From Chloracidobacterium sp. (GTDB lineage Bacteria; Acidobacteriota; Blastocatellia; Pyrinomonadales; Pyrinomonadaceae), in contig JANPCJ010000349.1 of NCBI GenBank assembly GCA_031430895.1, positions 95 through 64,094 of the forward strand: a stretch of DNA of 64,000 nucleotides. The letters are read 5' to 3'. Every line of letters begins with the position of its first letter. Positions within the stretch are counted from its first letter, which is position 1. Positions 63,986-64,000 of the stretch are shown piece by piece. A model generated the notes under the pieces. That model saw only the letters and a program-made list of their open reading frames with translations. It was not told the DNA's origin and did no database searches. The position numbers and the translations under genes were made by a program.

Positions 63986-64000
63986 TCCATTTAGCCACGC

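Overview
The window is a 64-kb, origin-proximal chromosomal segment. It is probably Acidobacteriota; this is a low-confidence inference from a GWxTD protein, a TonB-receptor-like remnant and the repeat style. All family names come from motif recognition by eye; no searches were run. On the + strand lie dnaA, an oriC with at least 9 TTTTCCACA-type DnaA boxes, and dnaN. On the - strand lies the classic origin set: rpmH (missing from the ORF track; found by hand), rnpA, yidD, yidC, jag, mnmE, mnmG, parA, parB. These are followed by a selenocysteine-encoding selD, tatA/B and tatC. Housekeeping genes include purM and purN (split by an accessory island), guaA, a trans-sulfuration PLP enzyme and tRNA-Leu(TAA). 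Other content includes an opu-like ABC system interrupted by an amidase, glycogen debranching plus a GH63-like glucosidase, and a urate-to-allantoin cluster. Accessory content is dense: seven apparently intact type II toxin-antitoxin pairs (five with PIN toxins) plus decayed remnants, and two frameshifted genes. The two most interesting gene systems are these. (1) At 1090-7844 there is a tightly packed membrane-associated polyamine-type module. It contains a pyruvoyl AdoMetDC, a double zinc-ribbon DUF4178-like membrane protein, DUF350, a TM-fused aminopropyltransferase and a Tat-exported flavoenzyme, with an internal 8 x 21-bp dyad array. (2) At 36166-39441 an APH/kinase-like domain is fused to a MacB-type ABC ATPase next to an FtsX-type permease. 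At the DNA level the window is saturated with several hairpin/REP families. Some sit in-frame inside unrelated genes, giving EISNLKSEI-type peptides. Others donate stop codons or C-terminal tails to genes.
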